A stretch of 64,000 nt of DNA, from contig NIVC01001445.1 in NCBI GenBank assembly GCA_002269645.1, positions 186,001 to 250,000 on the forward strand, read 5' to 3'. Positions 25,340 through 36,665 of the stretch are shown here, one piece after another; positions within the stretch are counted from its first letter, which is position 1, and every line of letters begins with the position of its first letter. The notes beneath the pieces are model-generated. The model was not told the origin of the DNA. It did not search any database and worked only from the letters and a program-made list of their open reading frames with translations. The DNA comes from Macrostomum lignano. Lineage: Eukaryota. Both the position numbers and the translations under genes were made by a program.

Positions 25340-27167
25340 TCAGAGGAGACTGTGTAGAAAGCTGCACCATGAGCTTGTCAGGCGCTCATAGCAGCTACTG
25401 TATACTATGTAGGTGCAGCGTGTCTGGCATCTGCAATATCTGCAAGTAAAGGATGGATTAGTGAGAAATGCATAAAAGTTGAAGTATATCCTAAGTCCTG
25501 CTATCATTTTTTAAAAAAATTGCATATATGACTTCTTTTCGAATGTACAACCCCTCAATGTACATTTTTCCTATCTCTGTAGTGTATTTTGCATGTACAC
25601 CTGTGCCAATTATGCTTAATAACTTTGGTGCGGCAAAAGCTACCAGGATGTGCCTTTAGGACAAAGAGTTTGGCCTGTTTTGCTATCATTTTATCGAAGA
25701 AACTAACTGGCCATTCTTTCGAGCTTCAAAAATTTCCCGATTTTTATGTCCCTTATGGGGATTTGCATGTATTTTGGCGATTTCCATTAAGCATACTGCG
25801 GCAAGAGTTACACTCATCCTGTCTAGCCTAAAAGTTTTATTTTGTCACTAGAAGTAAGTAGCAAAAAGAACTAGGGTGGCCGCTCTTTCCATTCAAAAGT
25901 TATGACCATTTTAAATTTTACATGTACATGTACATGTACATATTTTTGAACAAAAAAAGTTCACTTAAAATGACCTCCAGGAAGTTACCTACACTCAGTG
26001 TGCAAGCATTCTTAGCAGTTATGCATTCATTTACTAAAAAACGAATCCTCCCGACCCCATATTTTCAAGCAAATTCGGCACAGTTTTGAAAATGTACGAA
26101 AATGTACATGATGTTTGACAGTCTGTATCTTTGTAATTGTATGTCCTAAACATGTAAACTATATGTTGTTTGAAAGATCTATTTGTTTATTTTTTTAATG
26201 AATTTAAGAGCATAGCCATATCTTACATATTAAAAAAGTTACAGCCATTTAAATAAGACCACTTTTTCACGTTTTTTTCATTTTTGCACACGCTAAAAAT
26301 AGGCTCACTGGACACCCTAACCTTACTTTATTTTATATATTACAAGCTGTTGAAACCCGCGGATTTTGAACCCGGGGAATTCCAATCCCCGGAACCATTT
26401 TCGCATGTATTCTAAAATCCGAAGTCATACTAAAAGACTTGTTATTAGTTAGGATAGAGGTGTGAAAAAAACTTGGTATAAATGTGTGTTAAAAAGTATA
26501 TTTCTAGAATAGAATAAAACAGAACAGAATAGAAACTAAGACTACACAAACGTTTACATCATCAGGACAGTATAGAATCTATCTAAGGAGATGGGATTAT
26601 TATGTAGCTTTCAAGCATAGCAACAAAGAATCAGTACAGTAGTTGCTGTAAAAGAGAAAGTAAGAAAAAAAGAAAGAAAGAAAGTAAAAGACTAAGTAAA
26701 AGAGAAAAATTGTTGTGCTGTTTAAGTATTCTAGAGAAACTAAGCAGAGTGAATATGCAGGACAACAGCAAAACCGATAAGGAACATATTTGGGGAGTGA
26801 TAAAATAATATTTTAGTATCGACACTGCAAATTAACAGTAGAAGTACCAAGCTTTTATTCTGCCAACTTTCTTTGCAAATCAATCTTCTAGTTCTAGTCC
26901 AGTCTGGAACGAATTTTACTTGACTCTTGCTTTAGTAGGTTAGCAAAGTCCTTGAAGTCGTTTTCTGGGGTTCGTCCACTCTGGCAAGAAAGTTTGAAAA
27001 AAATTAGCAAGAAAAAATATTTGAATAGGGGAGCGTGGTACGTCTGCTGCTGATAAAGGTAGTTTTTAATAAGATTAACAAATAGATAAAAGTTCAGCTT
27101 TAAGATAAGTTATGCTCTTGTCAGTGAAAAGTGAATATAGTTCAGTTGTAATAACTTTCACAGATGT

Positions 27168-30100
27168 TTATCGCAGTGCCTGAGGATACACCAGATTCCT
27201 TGTTCTCCCCCTGGGAGCAAGGATGAAGAGACCAGCTGGAGTTCCAACGCGTGAGCATGCAACATAAAGTTGGCCATGTGAGAAGCAGGGAGACTCCAAG
27301 TTGATTCCGGCCACCTTTAGCGACTGTCCTTGGGCTTTGTTGATGGTCATGGCAAAGCAGACCTTCACTGGGAACTGTACTCGCTTGAATTGAAAAGGCA
27401 GGTCCGATGGAATAATTGGAATTCTTGGAATAAACACAGACTGCCCTTTGCCGGATCCTGTCACGATTGTTGCCTCAATCACATTCGGAAAGAGTTGCTT
27501 GACGATCAGCCTGGTGCCGTTACATAGCTTTGGGGCATTCAAATTGCGCAGTAGCATAATTGGTGCACCCACTTTTAACTGGAGGTTGTGCGATGGCGTT
27601 CCAGGAGGCTCTAGAGAGTTCAAGAACTCAATTGGAAACTCTACAGCATTGTCATCAGTCATTGTTGTGTCAATTGACTTGTAGCTGGTGGTATTGCCAG
27701 GCAGCTCATTGAGCAGCTGAGAGTTGATACCATTAGCTGCGTCATTCCTGGGACACAAAATGGCTCTCTCTGACAGCCAGTTAATGTCAGAAAATTTGTG
27801 CGACAGGTTTAGGTAAACCTTAGCCTTGAGCTCCTGCACAGAAGAGACGATTGTACCGAATGCAGCAATTGGTGACAGCCCATCCTCAGGGCTGACCTCC
27901 AGTTGGCCATCACCAATTCGCAAAAGATTGATAGAAAACCGATGAGCCGTTTCATCGCCATAAACTGCAGCCCTCATGTTGGTTCGCAAGTGCAGCTTCT
28001 CAACTGATGGCCACAGATGCGAAGATTTGAGGCAAGCATTAATTTCATCGGCTGGGGTGCCACGCGGAATTACAGGCAACGTCTGTCTAAAGTCTCCAGA
28101 GAGCAGCAGGGTGACACCACCCATTAGCTGGTTGTTGCTGCGCAGATCCTTCAGCGTCAGGTTAAGTGCTTCAAAAGCCAGTTTGTGGGACATGGTACAC
28201 TCATCCCAAACAATAAGCTTGCAGGCTTGTAATACTCTGGCAGTGCCGCTGTTCTTCTTGATGTTGCACAGGGGATTTTCAACTCTTGACAGATCAAGTG
28301 GCAGTTTTAGTGCTGAGTGAGCAGTGCGACCACCTGGAAGTAGCGTGGCTGCGATTCCAGAGGAGGCGACAGCAATTGCAATATCGCCTCCGTGTCTAAC
28401 CTTTGACAGAAGGAGGTTGATCAGAAAAGTCTTTCCTGTCCCCCCTGGAGCATCCAGGAAAAGTATTCCTCCTAAATTGTCATTCACTCTTCGCAGTACC
28501 TCTTGGTACGCCTCTGCCTGCTCAGGTAGTAGGCGGGGCTCATTTTCCTCAATGAACTGGCGGAGCTGCTCGCGGTCAAAGCTAGTTTCTCGCAGCATCT
28601 CCCTACTCAAATTCTCTTGTTGATGCCTTGCAGGTGTTGGAAGTCCAAAAATATGCAAGGGACGATCCGTCAGTTCTAAAACCTTGTCCTCAATGCGCAG
28701 CAAGGCCTCGTTGAATACTGCCTCTGTGAAGGGCAATTCCTGCTCCTGTAGCAACTGTCGCGCCCGATGGAGAATATCCTCAGCCATATCTTCCTTGAAG
28801 TCTTCCCAAAGCTGAAGAGGATTAGAAAGACCACAGGTGGCAATCAGAATAGCAAAGAGGTCTCGCATTTGGCCTGCTGAGCGCACCACAGATGCTTCTT
28901 GCATTGTGCTTCTCCACTGCGCGTCGTCTTCTAGTAGCCCCATTCGATGACACGCTTCTTGATAAGTTAAGCAGATCTGACCTTCTACCGTCTTGATGTG
29001 CTGGAATGACATCGGGCCAACTACATTGTGCAGTAGCATGCGCAGATAAAAACACTCGCGATGATTTGGGTGCACCGTGTAGACTCTGGACAGTGCATCT
29101 GTTTGCCGCATTCCTGGATGGCCTGGAACTTCAGCGCCTTGAACTCGTCGTTTCCAACTTTTCGAAGAGGCGTTCCACGTGTAGTATGTAGGTACCTGAT
29201 GGTATAGTAAGGTTCTGGCAAAGGCATCTTCGGCACACAACTTAAAAAAGGCAGTGAGTGTAGTGCCCGGTGGTCGCTGACCTCGCTGCATCATGTTTTC
29301 CTCGGTGAAGTACACTCTTTGACCATTCTCCAGGTGCACGCTGAGGTGCACTACGGTTGGGTGACGTTCATGAATTGAGAAACCAAAAATTCGCCACATT
29401 GCTTCATTTGAGCTGATGTACCGTCCACTCTCGTAGCGAGCCACCTCATCGCGCTCAGCTCCTTGCCTTTCAAGGCCAAACACTGCCTGGTCGCTGCCCT
29501 TGTTGACATACTTGCAAATGTACTTGATTGACTTGACTGAGTTGCAGTATTCAACATTGATGTGTGCGTTGAACACTTTCGACAGGAGTGGGCAGTAGGG
29601 AACGACCCACCTGTTGTCCAAATTCACCTCCTCAGTCTGTCCATTTGCACGTAGGATTATTGGAAAGGTGAAGCCACCGTCCTCAGGTGACCTTCTTCGA
29701 TACAACGGGTATCCATCTTCGCCGGTCACTGTCTCGCGCAGCAGAGCCTTGGGAAATTTCTTGGAGCAACGGCCATCTACCATGCAAGGCGAATCTGGCT
29801 TCAGACGGCTGCATGGTCCATGAATCATCTGCCTAGTGACGATTTGGTAGAGCTGAGGGTCCTCGTCTGGATCAGGAATCTCAGCGCGGATAACGCTATC
29901 AATTTGATTCGGCCTAATCCGGTTCCGTAGCCAAATCAGAATATGCGCGTGTGGCAGTCCCCGTTTCTGCCATTCGATCGTGTACATGTCGCATCTAGTA
30001 GGCCCAAAGATAGCTCCTTTGGTAATGAATTCCATCAGTTGTTTCAATTTCAGTTGAAAAACTCGGGCCACTAAGTCGTGTCTATCCTGACTTTGCTGTC

Positions 30101-32093
30101 CCGGCATGAGCTCTGATTTAAGCTCATTCCATGCACTGTTGCAGGTGAAAGTAATAAAGAGGTCGGGGCGACCGTACTTTCTTACGTAAGTCATGGCGTC
30201 TTGTGTACGCTCATGCATGTAGCGTGGGCCACCAGTAAATGAAGAGGGCAAAATAACCATTTGGCCAATTTCATTCGGATTTCTCTCTCCGGCAATAGCG
30301 TCTCGAAGATGAATGTACTCTTCCACTCTAAGCTTCTTTTGGTTAAAGCGGATGAAATTCAGTCTCTCGCACTCAATTTTAGCGTACATGTCCACAGCAA
30401 ACTGCAGCAGTAGCTTTCGACACCGAAGAATACAGTTGAAACTTCCTTCACGAACCATTAGCCGATAAGCGTAGAAGTCCATTGCCGACACTTTCTTTGT
30501 GGCTGATGGATTTCCGGTGCGAATGTCAGTCTGTCGGATATCGAAATGATATCCGTCTTCGCCTTCCCAGAAAATAAGAGGGTACTGCAGAGCATCATAC
30601 CCCCTGTGCATCTCAGATATCCTGGTTAACTGGCTGCTTCGCAGTTCCAAAACAATGTCTCGCTTTTCAAACTGTTGACCAACAATTTGAATGGCAACGT
30701 CGTCAACAACAGGTGCATTGAATCTTCTTTCGTGTTGGCCAGCAGGCGTCTTTGTTGCGTGAATGACAACTCTAAGTTCCTCTACATTTGGAGGTAGCCG
30801 CTCCATAGCAGTTTTGAAATCGCGCACGTACTTGTTATGCGCATGCATAATTTCCTGTAGCTCGAAAACAATGTTAGGTCGCACACCTGGAGCAATCCTA
30901 CATCGGCGCTCAACTTCTTCGTGGCTGTCTCCCATGAAGTAGATCTGCAGGAACTTTGGCTCCTCTCCTTGCAGCGGCAGCAACGATCCCACCAGATGGT
31001 ACACCTGCCCTTGGATTTTAAAAGTAGGCATGAAGCCTGGCTCTTCAACTATTCTTTCAGCTCCGAAAGAAGTGAACTGAAAACAGCTATTGTATCGTCG
31101 AATGTTGGACAGAAAATGATCCGATTCCTCAGAGTTACCCAGCAACAAATGGCGAAGATAGTCTGGTAGATTCTCATTCAGGGGAGTGAGTCTGACTTTT
31201 CCATTACTACAACACATGCCAGGTGTCTCATTTGCCCACCTCAACGCATTGCAATGCTGACATTTCTTCGACATTCTTTCGATAGCAAGCTTTGGGTGGC
31301 TGCTATAAACAAAAGTAGGATCATAATTTAGAGCAAAGCTTAGGGCCCAAGGAGGTGGTCCAATTGCTTGCTCAGATTCGTCATGGGCAACATCTTGCTC
31401 AATAAATCGATAGGCCGCAGTGCGTTCTCTGTGGCGTCTTCGATCGTCTTCACGGCGCACTCCAGCTTCACCCGTCGTTTCATTACGTCGTGCCTCTGCG
31501 GTCTGATCTCTGTTACGTTCCTGCCGCTGCTGAGTCTGAACAGTCGTTTCATTGCGTCGTGCCTCTGCGGTCTGATCTCTGTTACGTTCCTGCCGCTGCT
31601 GAGTCTGAACAGTCGTTTCATTGCGTCGTGCCTCTGCAGTCTGATCTCTGTTACGTTCCTGCCGCTGCTGTGTCTGGACAGTCGTTTCATTGCGTCGTGC
31701 CTCTGCAGTCTGATCTCTGTTACGTTCCTGCCGCTGCTGTGTCTGGACAGTCGTTTCATTGCGTCGTGCCTCGGCTGTTTGTTGTCTTTTTTGTTCACGT
31801 CGTCTTTCTTCCCAATTTGCAGCCCTGAGAGGAAACTGTGTACCTCCAGTTCCATCGGAAGTGCTGGCGCCGGCTGCTGATGTCGATGATCTTGTCGGTG
31901 GTCGAAGGCTTCTTTTCTGGGCTTGTTCTTCTACCGCACTTGCACTCGATCTGGCCTGGGCAGAGCTACCTGTGTTGTCTGCTTCCTCTGTGCCATGCGA
32001 TGTTCCTGCTTCAGCCGCATTGCTTTGCCTTGCAGATCTCAATCGTCTAGCTGCTGCAGTGAAACGACCCAATGCGCTTTTCTTTGGAGGCAT
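27168..32093 (-). CDS. Helitron Rep/helicase (HUH endonuclease + Pif1-family SF1 helicase), 1641 aa, with N-terminal 23-aa STPR-like repeats
   Basis: Rep motifs EWQKRGLPHAHILIW and KYICKYVNKG. Helicase motifs DAPGGTGKTF, IVWDE, GDFRQTLPV, TINKAQGQSL, SHGQLYVACSRV. Zn motif CQHC..CCSNG. 69-bp repeats at ~31480-31770. Confidence 0.97.
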   Translation of the reverse strand: MPPKKSALGRFTAAARRLRSARQSNAAEAGTSHGTEEADNTGSSAQARSSASAVEEQAQKRSLRPPTRSSTSAAGASTSDGTGGTQFPLRAANWEERRREQKRQQTAEARRNETTVQTQQRQERNRDQTAEARRNETTVQTQQRQERNRDQTAEARRNETTVQTQQRQERNRDQTAEARRNETTVQTQQRQERNRDQTAEARRNETTGEAGVRREDDRRRHRERTAAYRFIEQDVAHDESEQAIGPPPWALSFALNYDPTFVYSSHPKLAIERMSKKCQHCNALRWANETPGMCCSNGKVRLTPLNENLPDYLRHLLLGNSEESDHFLSNIRRYNSCFQFTSFGAERIVEEPGFMPTFKIQGQVYHLVGSLLPLQGEEPKFLQIYFMGDSHEEVERRCRIAPGVRPNIVFELQEIMHAHNKYVRDFKTAMERLPPNVEELRVVIHATKTPAGQHERRFNAPVVDDVAIQIVGQQFEKRDIVLELRSSQLTRISEMHRGYDALQYPLIFWEGEDGYHFDIRQTDIRTGNPSATKKVSAMDFYAYRLMVREGSFNCILRCRKLLLQFAVDMYAKIECERLNFIRFNQKKLRVEEYIHLRDAIAGERNPNEIGQMVILPSSFTGGPRYMHERTQDAMTYVRKYGRPDLFITFTCNSAWNELKSELMPGQQSQDRHDLVARVFQLKLKQLMEFITKGAIFGPTRCDMYTIEWQKRGLPHAHILIWLRNRIRPNQIDSVIRAEIPDPDEDPQLYQIVTRQMIHGPCSRLKPDSPCMVDGRCSKKFPKALLRETVTGEDGYPLYRRRSPEDGGFTFPIILRANGQTEEVNLDNRWVVPYCPLLSKVFNAHINVEYCNSVKSIKYICKYVNKGSDQAVFGLERQGAERDEVARYESGRYISSNEAMWRIFGFSIHERHPTVVHLSVHLENGQRVYFTEENMMQRGQRPPGTTLTAFFKLCAEDAFARTLLYHQVPTYYTWNASSKSWKRRVQGAEVPGHPGMRQTDALSRVYTVHPNHRECFYLRMLLHNVVGPMSFQHIKTVEGQICLTYQEACHRMGLLEDDAQWRSTMQEASVVRSAGQMRDLFAILIATCGLSNPLQLWEDFKEDMAEDILHRARQLLQEQELPFTEAVFNEALLRIEDKVLELTDRPLHIFGLPTPARHQQENLSREMLRETSFDREQLRQFIEENEPRLLPEQAEAYQEVLRRVNDNLGGILFLDAPGGTGKTFLINLLLSKVRHGGDIAIAVASSGIAATLLPGGRTAHSALKLPLDLSRVENPLCNIKKNSGTARVLQACKLIVWDECTMSHKLAFEALNLTLKDLRSNNQLMGGVTLLLSGDFRQTLPVIPRGTPADEINACLKSSHLWPSVEKLHLRTNMRAAVYGDETAHRFSINLLRIGDGQLEVSPEDGLSPIAAFGTIVSSVQELKAKVYLNLSHKFSDINWLSERAILCPRNDAANGINSQLLNELPGNTTSYKSIDTTMTDDNAVEFPIEFLNSLEPPGTPSHNLQLKVGAPIMLLRNLNAPKLCNGTRLIVKQLFPNVIEATIVTGSGKGQSVFIPRIPIIPSDLPFQFKRVQFPVKVCFAMTINKAQGQSLKVAGINLESPCFSHGQLYVACSRVGTPAGLFILAPRGRTRNLVYPQALR

Positions 32094-34074
32094 TTTAATT
32101 TTTAAGTGCCTTTAAATAGGACTTACTGTTACAAATTCCATTTTTTTGTGATTAATTCAGGAATCAGGATTGCATCGTATCGCTTTTTGTACCACAGTAC
32201 AACTATGCTAGTCTTATCGATTGCCATCTTCCTCATCCACTGCTAAACTGTAGGGTTAGACTTAGACCTGTACGAATTGTAGGACAGGGATTAGCAGGGA
32301 CGGATTTAGGGAGGAGGGCGAAGCGCGCAACCCCGGTCAGTTTTGTGTATCCCAGATAAAAGATGTGTGCATTCCCCCATTGGAAATTTCTCTATCCGGT
32401 CCTGGGGGTTAGAATTTCTGTCCTTCGCTATCGATCTGTGCCTCCAACATGGTCCGCGCTTTCGTCCCCTTGGAGCCAGCGGAGGCGACTCCCTACTGGG
32501 GTAAATGGACCATATCTTCCCTGCCAAAGAACTATCCACGGCAGCCCAGCCTATCTGTAGCCTAGCCAGCAGTGTCCCTTGGGCATGCAGGGAAGGCCAA
32601 AAATAATGTCATTCCAGTACAGTGTACACTAAGCCCTACCCCCTGTTCTGGGGGAATGAGTGCGTGAGCGGCCTTTCTCATCCAAGCTGTTGAACTTGCA
32701 GAGTTAGGCCTACACAGATGAAGGAGGGAGATGTAGAAAATGTCAGTAGAAAATATCAGAATTAGCACAGTGGTTAAAATTTCTCGCTAAACTGCCATCT
32801 TATAGCCTCTTCACTGGGGCAGAGAGAATTCAAGTTGTTCGAAACACTGTACATTGTTGCGTTGCGTGCACACTGACCCTGGTATGGGGAAATGAGTGAG
32901 AGCTGCTTGCTCTCCTTCTGCTGTACTGTACTGCACTCAATCTGGCACTTAAATTTTTTATTTTAAGTGGCTTTAAGTAAAACTTAATAAGAAATGTTAA
33001 AATTTACATTTTTGTACTTGCATTTGCACTTAGTCAGTAGAACTATATCTATATCGCTTTTTCAGAGATTTTTTGATCAAGTTTGTCAAGTTTGAATTCA
33101 ATTGCTTCATGTGGAGCAAACCTATGACAGCCGAAAGTTAGTCTATTTTAAAACCTTTTCCACATCTCGCCAGATAAGGGAGAGAGCGGCGAAGGTTGGG
33201 GTGGCTGCCTCTCCTGCCCATATTCTCTGCTCTCCTTAACCCCCTCGTCTCTCGCGTTATCTTCTATCGTTTCTCTTCGCCCCCTCTCGCCCCCTCTCGC
33301 CCCTACTCTCTTTCTAATAGTCTATTCCTTTTCCTTTTCACTCTCATCTGGCCCGCAGCCATGGGCTGGATTCTTTATCTGGCCTTTGAGATAAAAATCT
33401 GCCAATCCCTGCTTCAAAAGCCAGTTTGTGGAATTGTGGGACGTAGTACTCGCATGGCTGTTATCATTTCTTATCCTTTAATCACGTCATCTTTCTGGCC
33501 AATTAGCAGCCCTTGAGAGAAATTTGTGTATCTCCAGCTCCACCACCAAAGTCTGCACTCTGCAGCAGTCTAACAACCAACCAAGGGAAATACGCATTTC
33601 TTAGGAGCCATTTAAATTTTAAAGTTACCTTATGCGAATTTTAATGTTAAAAGCTTCATGCTGTAACTAACTGATTTAGTAGAATTGCATTGTAATCAGT
33701 TGTTATTCATTTATTTTTTTCGCTATTTTTACAAACCATCCCACATTGTCTTGACTCTTGATTTGCCATCCACAGTTAAACTGCTGCAGACTTGTCTATA
33801 CAGAGGACAGTGGTTTGAATCTCTCGCTAAACTGTCTCTCCTCTCCACGCCTCTCTAATCGCGGTCGCGGGGTACAGAGAAGGCTATTAAAAGTTATTCC
33901 AAAACACTGTACATTCGCTATGTACATTCAGCCCTATCGCCTGACCCTTCGTCTGAGCTGGGGGAATGAATGAGTGAGCGGCACAAACAACAGAAAAAGC
34001 AGAAAAACTTCACATGCTTACAGTTTGCGTCCTGTTTGAGATACAGAGTTGAGACTTTACATTTAGACAGAGAA

Positions 34075-35122
34075 TGAATCAAAGAAGAATTGTGTTAAGT
34101 TAGAAGTCAATCGCTTCACGTGGAGCAAACTTATAGCAGCCGAAAGTTAGTCATTTTAAAACCCATTTACACCCTTTGCCCAGATCGGGAAAGAGAGGCA
34201 GGCGGGCGAAGGTTGGGGTGGCTGTCTCGCTGAAAAAAACAGCCAAACTTTAAAAGTGCACAGCGGCTTTCAGGATTAACTTTGAGATTTGAAATTTTAC
34301 ACGATTGTGTCAAAATAGTTGAAAATTGCCTGTGTCAAATTTGAAGAGAATCGGTAGAAGTGGAGCGGCGCTATGGAGGATTTAGTGAAAAAATCGCGCA
34401 TTTTGAGCAGTTTTTTGCACTTTTAGGTAGGAAGACTCAAATTTAGGAAATTTAAAGGTAGCCTAAGACATTCTCCGTAGTGAGTTTAGGGTGGGTGTAA
34501 AATTTGGTGTCATTTGGTTGAGCGGTTTGGGAGTCCATAGCGATCAAAATTGTCCACACACACACACACACAGAGTTTTGATTTTTATAGGTAGAGATGA
34601 ATCAAAGAAGAATTGTGTTAAGTTAGAAGTCAATCGCTTCACGTGGAGCAAACTTATAGCAGCCGAAAGTTAGTCATTTTAAAACCCATTTACACCCTTT
34701 GCCCAGATCGGGAAAGAGAGGCAGGCGGGCGAAGGTTGGGGTGGCTGTCTCGCTGAAAAAAACAGCCAAACTTTAAAAGTGCACAGCGGCTTTCAGGATT
34801 AACTTTGAGATTTGAAATTTTACACGATTGTGTCAAAATAGTTGAAAATTGCCTGTGTCAAATTTGAAGAGAATCGGTAGAAGTGGAGCGGCGCTATGGA
34901 GGATTTAGTGAAAAAATCGCGCATTTTGAGCAGTTTTTTGCACTTTTAGGTAGGAAGACTCAAATTTAGGAAATTTAAAGGTAGCCTAAGACATTCTCCG
35001 TAGTGAGTTTAGGGTGGGTGTAAAATTTGGTGTCATTTGGTTGAGCGGTTTGGGAGTCCATAGCGATCAAAATTGTCCACACACACACACACACACAGAG
35101 TTTTGATTTTTATAGGTAGAGA
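34075..35122. repeat. Tandem duplication (~524 bp x2) of the Helitron 5' terminus
   Basis: 34075-34597 and 34598-35122 are near-identical; both present A|TC on the minus strand. Confidence 0.93.
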
Positions 35123-36169
35123 TAGTACAAAACTTCAAAAGCTAGCTAGTAGCCTATAGTACACGAATATATACAATATATTATTACATGCTTTGTAAAG
35201 CCAAAGGCTAATTCCTAATATAGTGTTATTTTTTACTTTTTATGCAATTTATGCAATATGAGTATAATAATCTAAATAGTATAGTAGTAGAGCTAGTATT
35301 CTTATAGCATGTTAGCCACATAGGCCCAAAAGGTTTTTAATTTTTAAGTTGAATTACTTTTTTGACTTAGGTCTATGTCAATATAATATTGTTTTCTATC
35401 TTATTGCAAATTGAATACAGGTGACAATTTATATCTGCACTATCCTATGTAAGCTATATTATTATTATATTTTGCTAACATCCTTTGCTAAAGGATAATG
35501 AATGAAAATAATTTGTAACATCTATGTATTTTATAATTAAATCAATCAAGCAATCAATTTCAGCTCTTGCCAAAATAATTTGTTTGAGAAAAAAATGTTC
35601 AGACTTCCAAACATAGGAATTGTTTTGCTTATTCTGTATGGAATGTACATTACAACAGTAAGTGTTAATTGCATTTTGTTTAGATTGCAACTTTTAATTG
35701 AATCAATTTGCCTGACTTTTAAATTTTTCTAATCTCATTTTGTGCTTTTAGATGGCTGTTTTTGCCCCACAAAATATATTTCCTCCTCAGTTGAAGCCCA
35801 TAGTCAATGGTTTGACTTATCAAACTCGATGTATCATGTAAGAACCTTTTTGATAATGAAATTATTATATATTATATTTAACATTTTAACTTCATTTTAA
35901 TTAACCTATAATACTTTTAGCTGCATTCTTGCTTGGCTTGCACATGTTCTAGAGGGAGTCCTAGTCTTCTACTGGTCCAGGTATAGAAAATAATGTTTTG
36001 TATAGTGAAACATACTATTTTTATATTAGACCACTAAAAACTCTTCTTATCCATCATACACGACTAGTTCTGATTCTATATTGTATTATCTAGTTTAACA
36101 TAACAACCTGCAAAATTTCTTAGATAAAACCTCAATACTTATTTATTCTATAACTATATCTGTAGTTTC

Positions 36170-36665
36170 ATATTCAAGATCCACAGGTTAGAGAGCCATT
36201 TCCAAGATCCTCAAGTTAGATCACCTATAGCCATTTCCAAGATCCACAAGTTAGGTCACCTGTAGATATTTCCAAGATCCACAAGTTAGGTCACCTATAG
36301 CCATTTCCAAGATCCACAAGTTAGGTCACCTGTAGCCATTTCCAAGATCCACAAGTTAGGTCACCTGTAGATATTTCCAAGATCCACAAGTTAGGTCACC
36401 TATAGTCATTTCCAAGATCCACAAGTTAGGTCACCTGTAGATATTTCCAAGATCCACAAGTTAGGTCACCTATAGCCATTTCCAAGATCCACAAGTTAGG
36501 TCACCTGTAGATATTTCCAAGATCCACAAGTTAGGTCACCTATAGCCATTTCCAAGATCCACAAGTTAGGTTACCTGTAGATATTTCCAAGATCCACAAG
36601 TTAGGTCACCTATAGCCATTTCCAAGATCCACAAGTTAGGTCACCTGTTGCTATTTCCAAGATCC
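36170..36665. repeat. 35 bp minisatellite (tttccaagatccacaagttaggtcacctatagcca), ~14 copies, two variants largely alternating
   Basis: Period of 35 with no spacers. Confidence 0.95.

Larger units (their letters stand above)
23473..26319 (+). mobile_element. Non-autonomous TIR DNA transposon with 7-bp TSD (hATw-like), copy B
   Basis: TIRs TAGGGGGTCCAGTGAG (23473-23488) and CTCACTGGACACCCTA (26304-26319); TSD ACCTTAC at 23466-23472 and 26320-26326. Confidence 0.88.
26343..35122 (-). mobile_element. Full-length autonomous Helitron (~8.8 kb)
   Basis: 5' end A|TCTCTACCTATAAAAATC at 35122. 3' end ..CAACAGCTTG|T at 26343, with a GC hairpin (CCGGGGA-N7-TCCCCGG, ~26371-26392). Contains an intact RepHel ORF. 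The 3' boundary is supported by a homologous end at 49612. Confidence 0.85.

Noticed and set aside
36170-36665. 35-bp repeat array resembling CRISPR periodicity (also 1-410 and 49760-50215)
   Set aside because: Units are contiguous with no unique spacers, there are no cas genes, and the context is eukaryotic.
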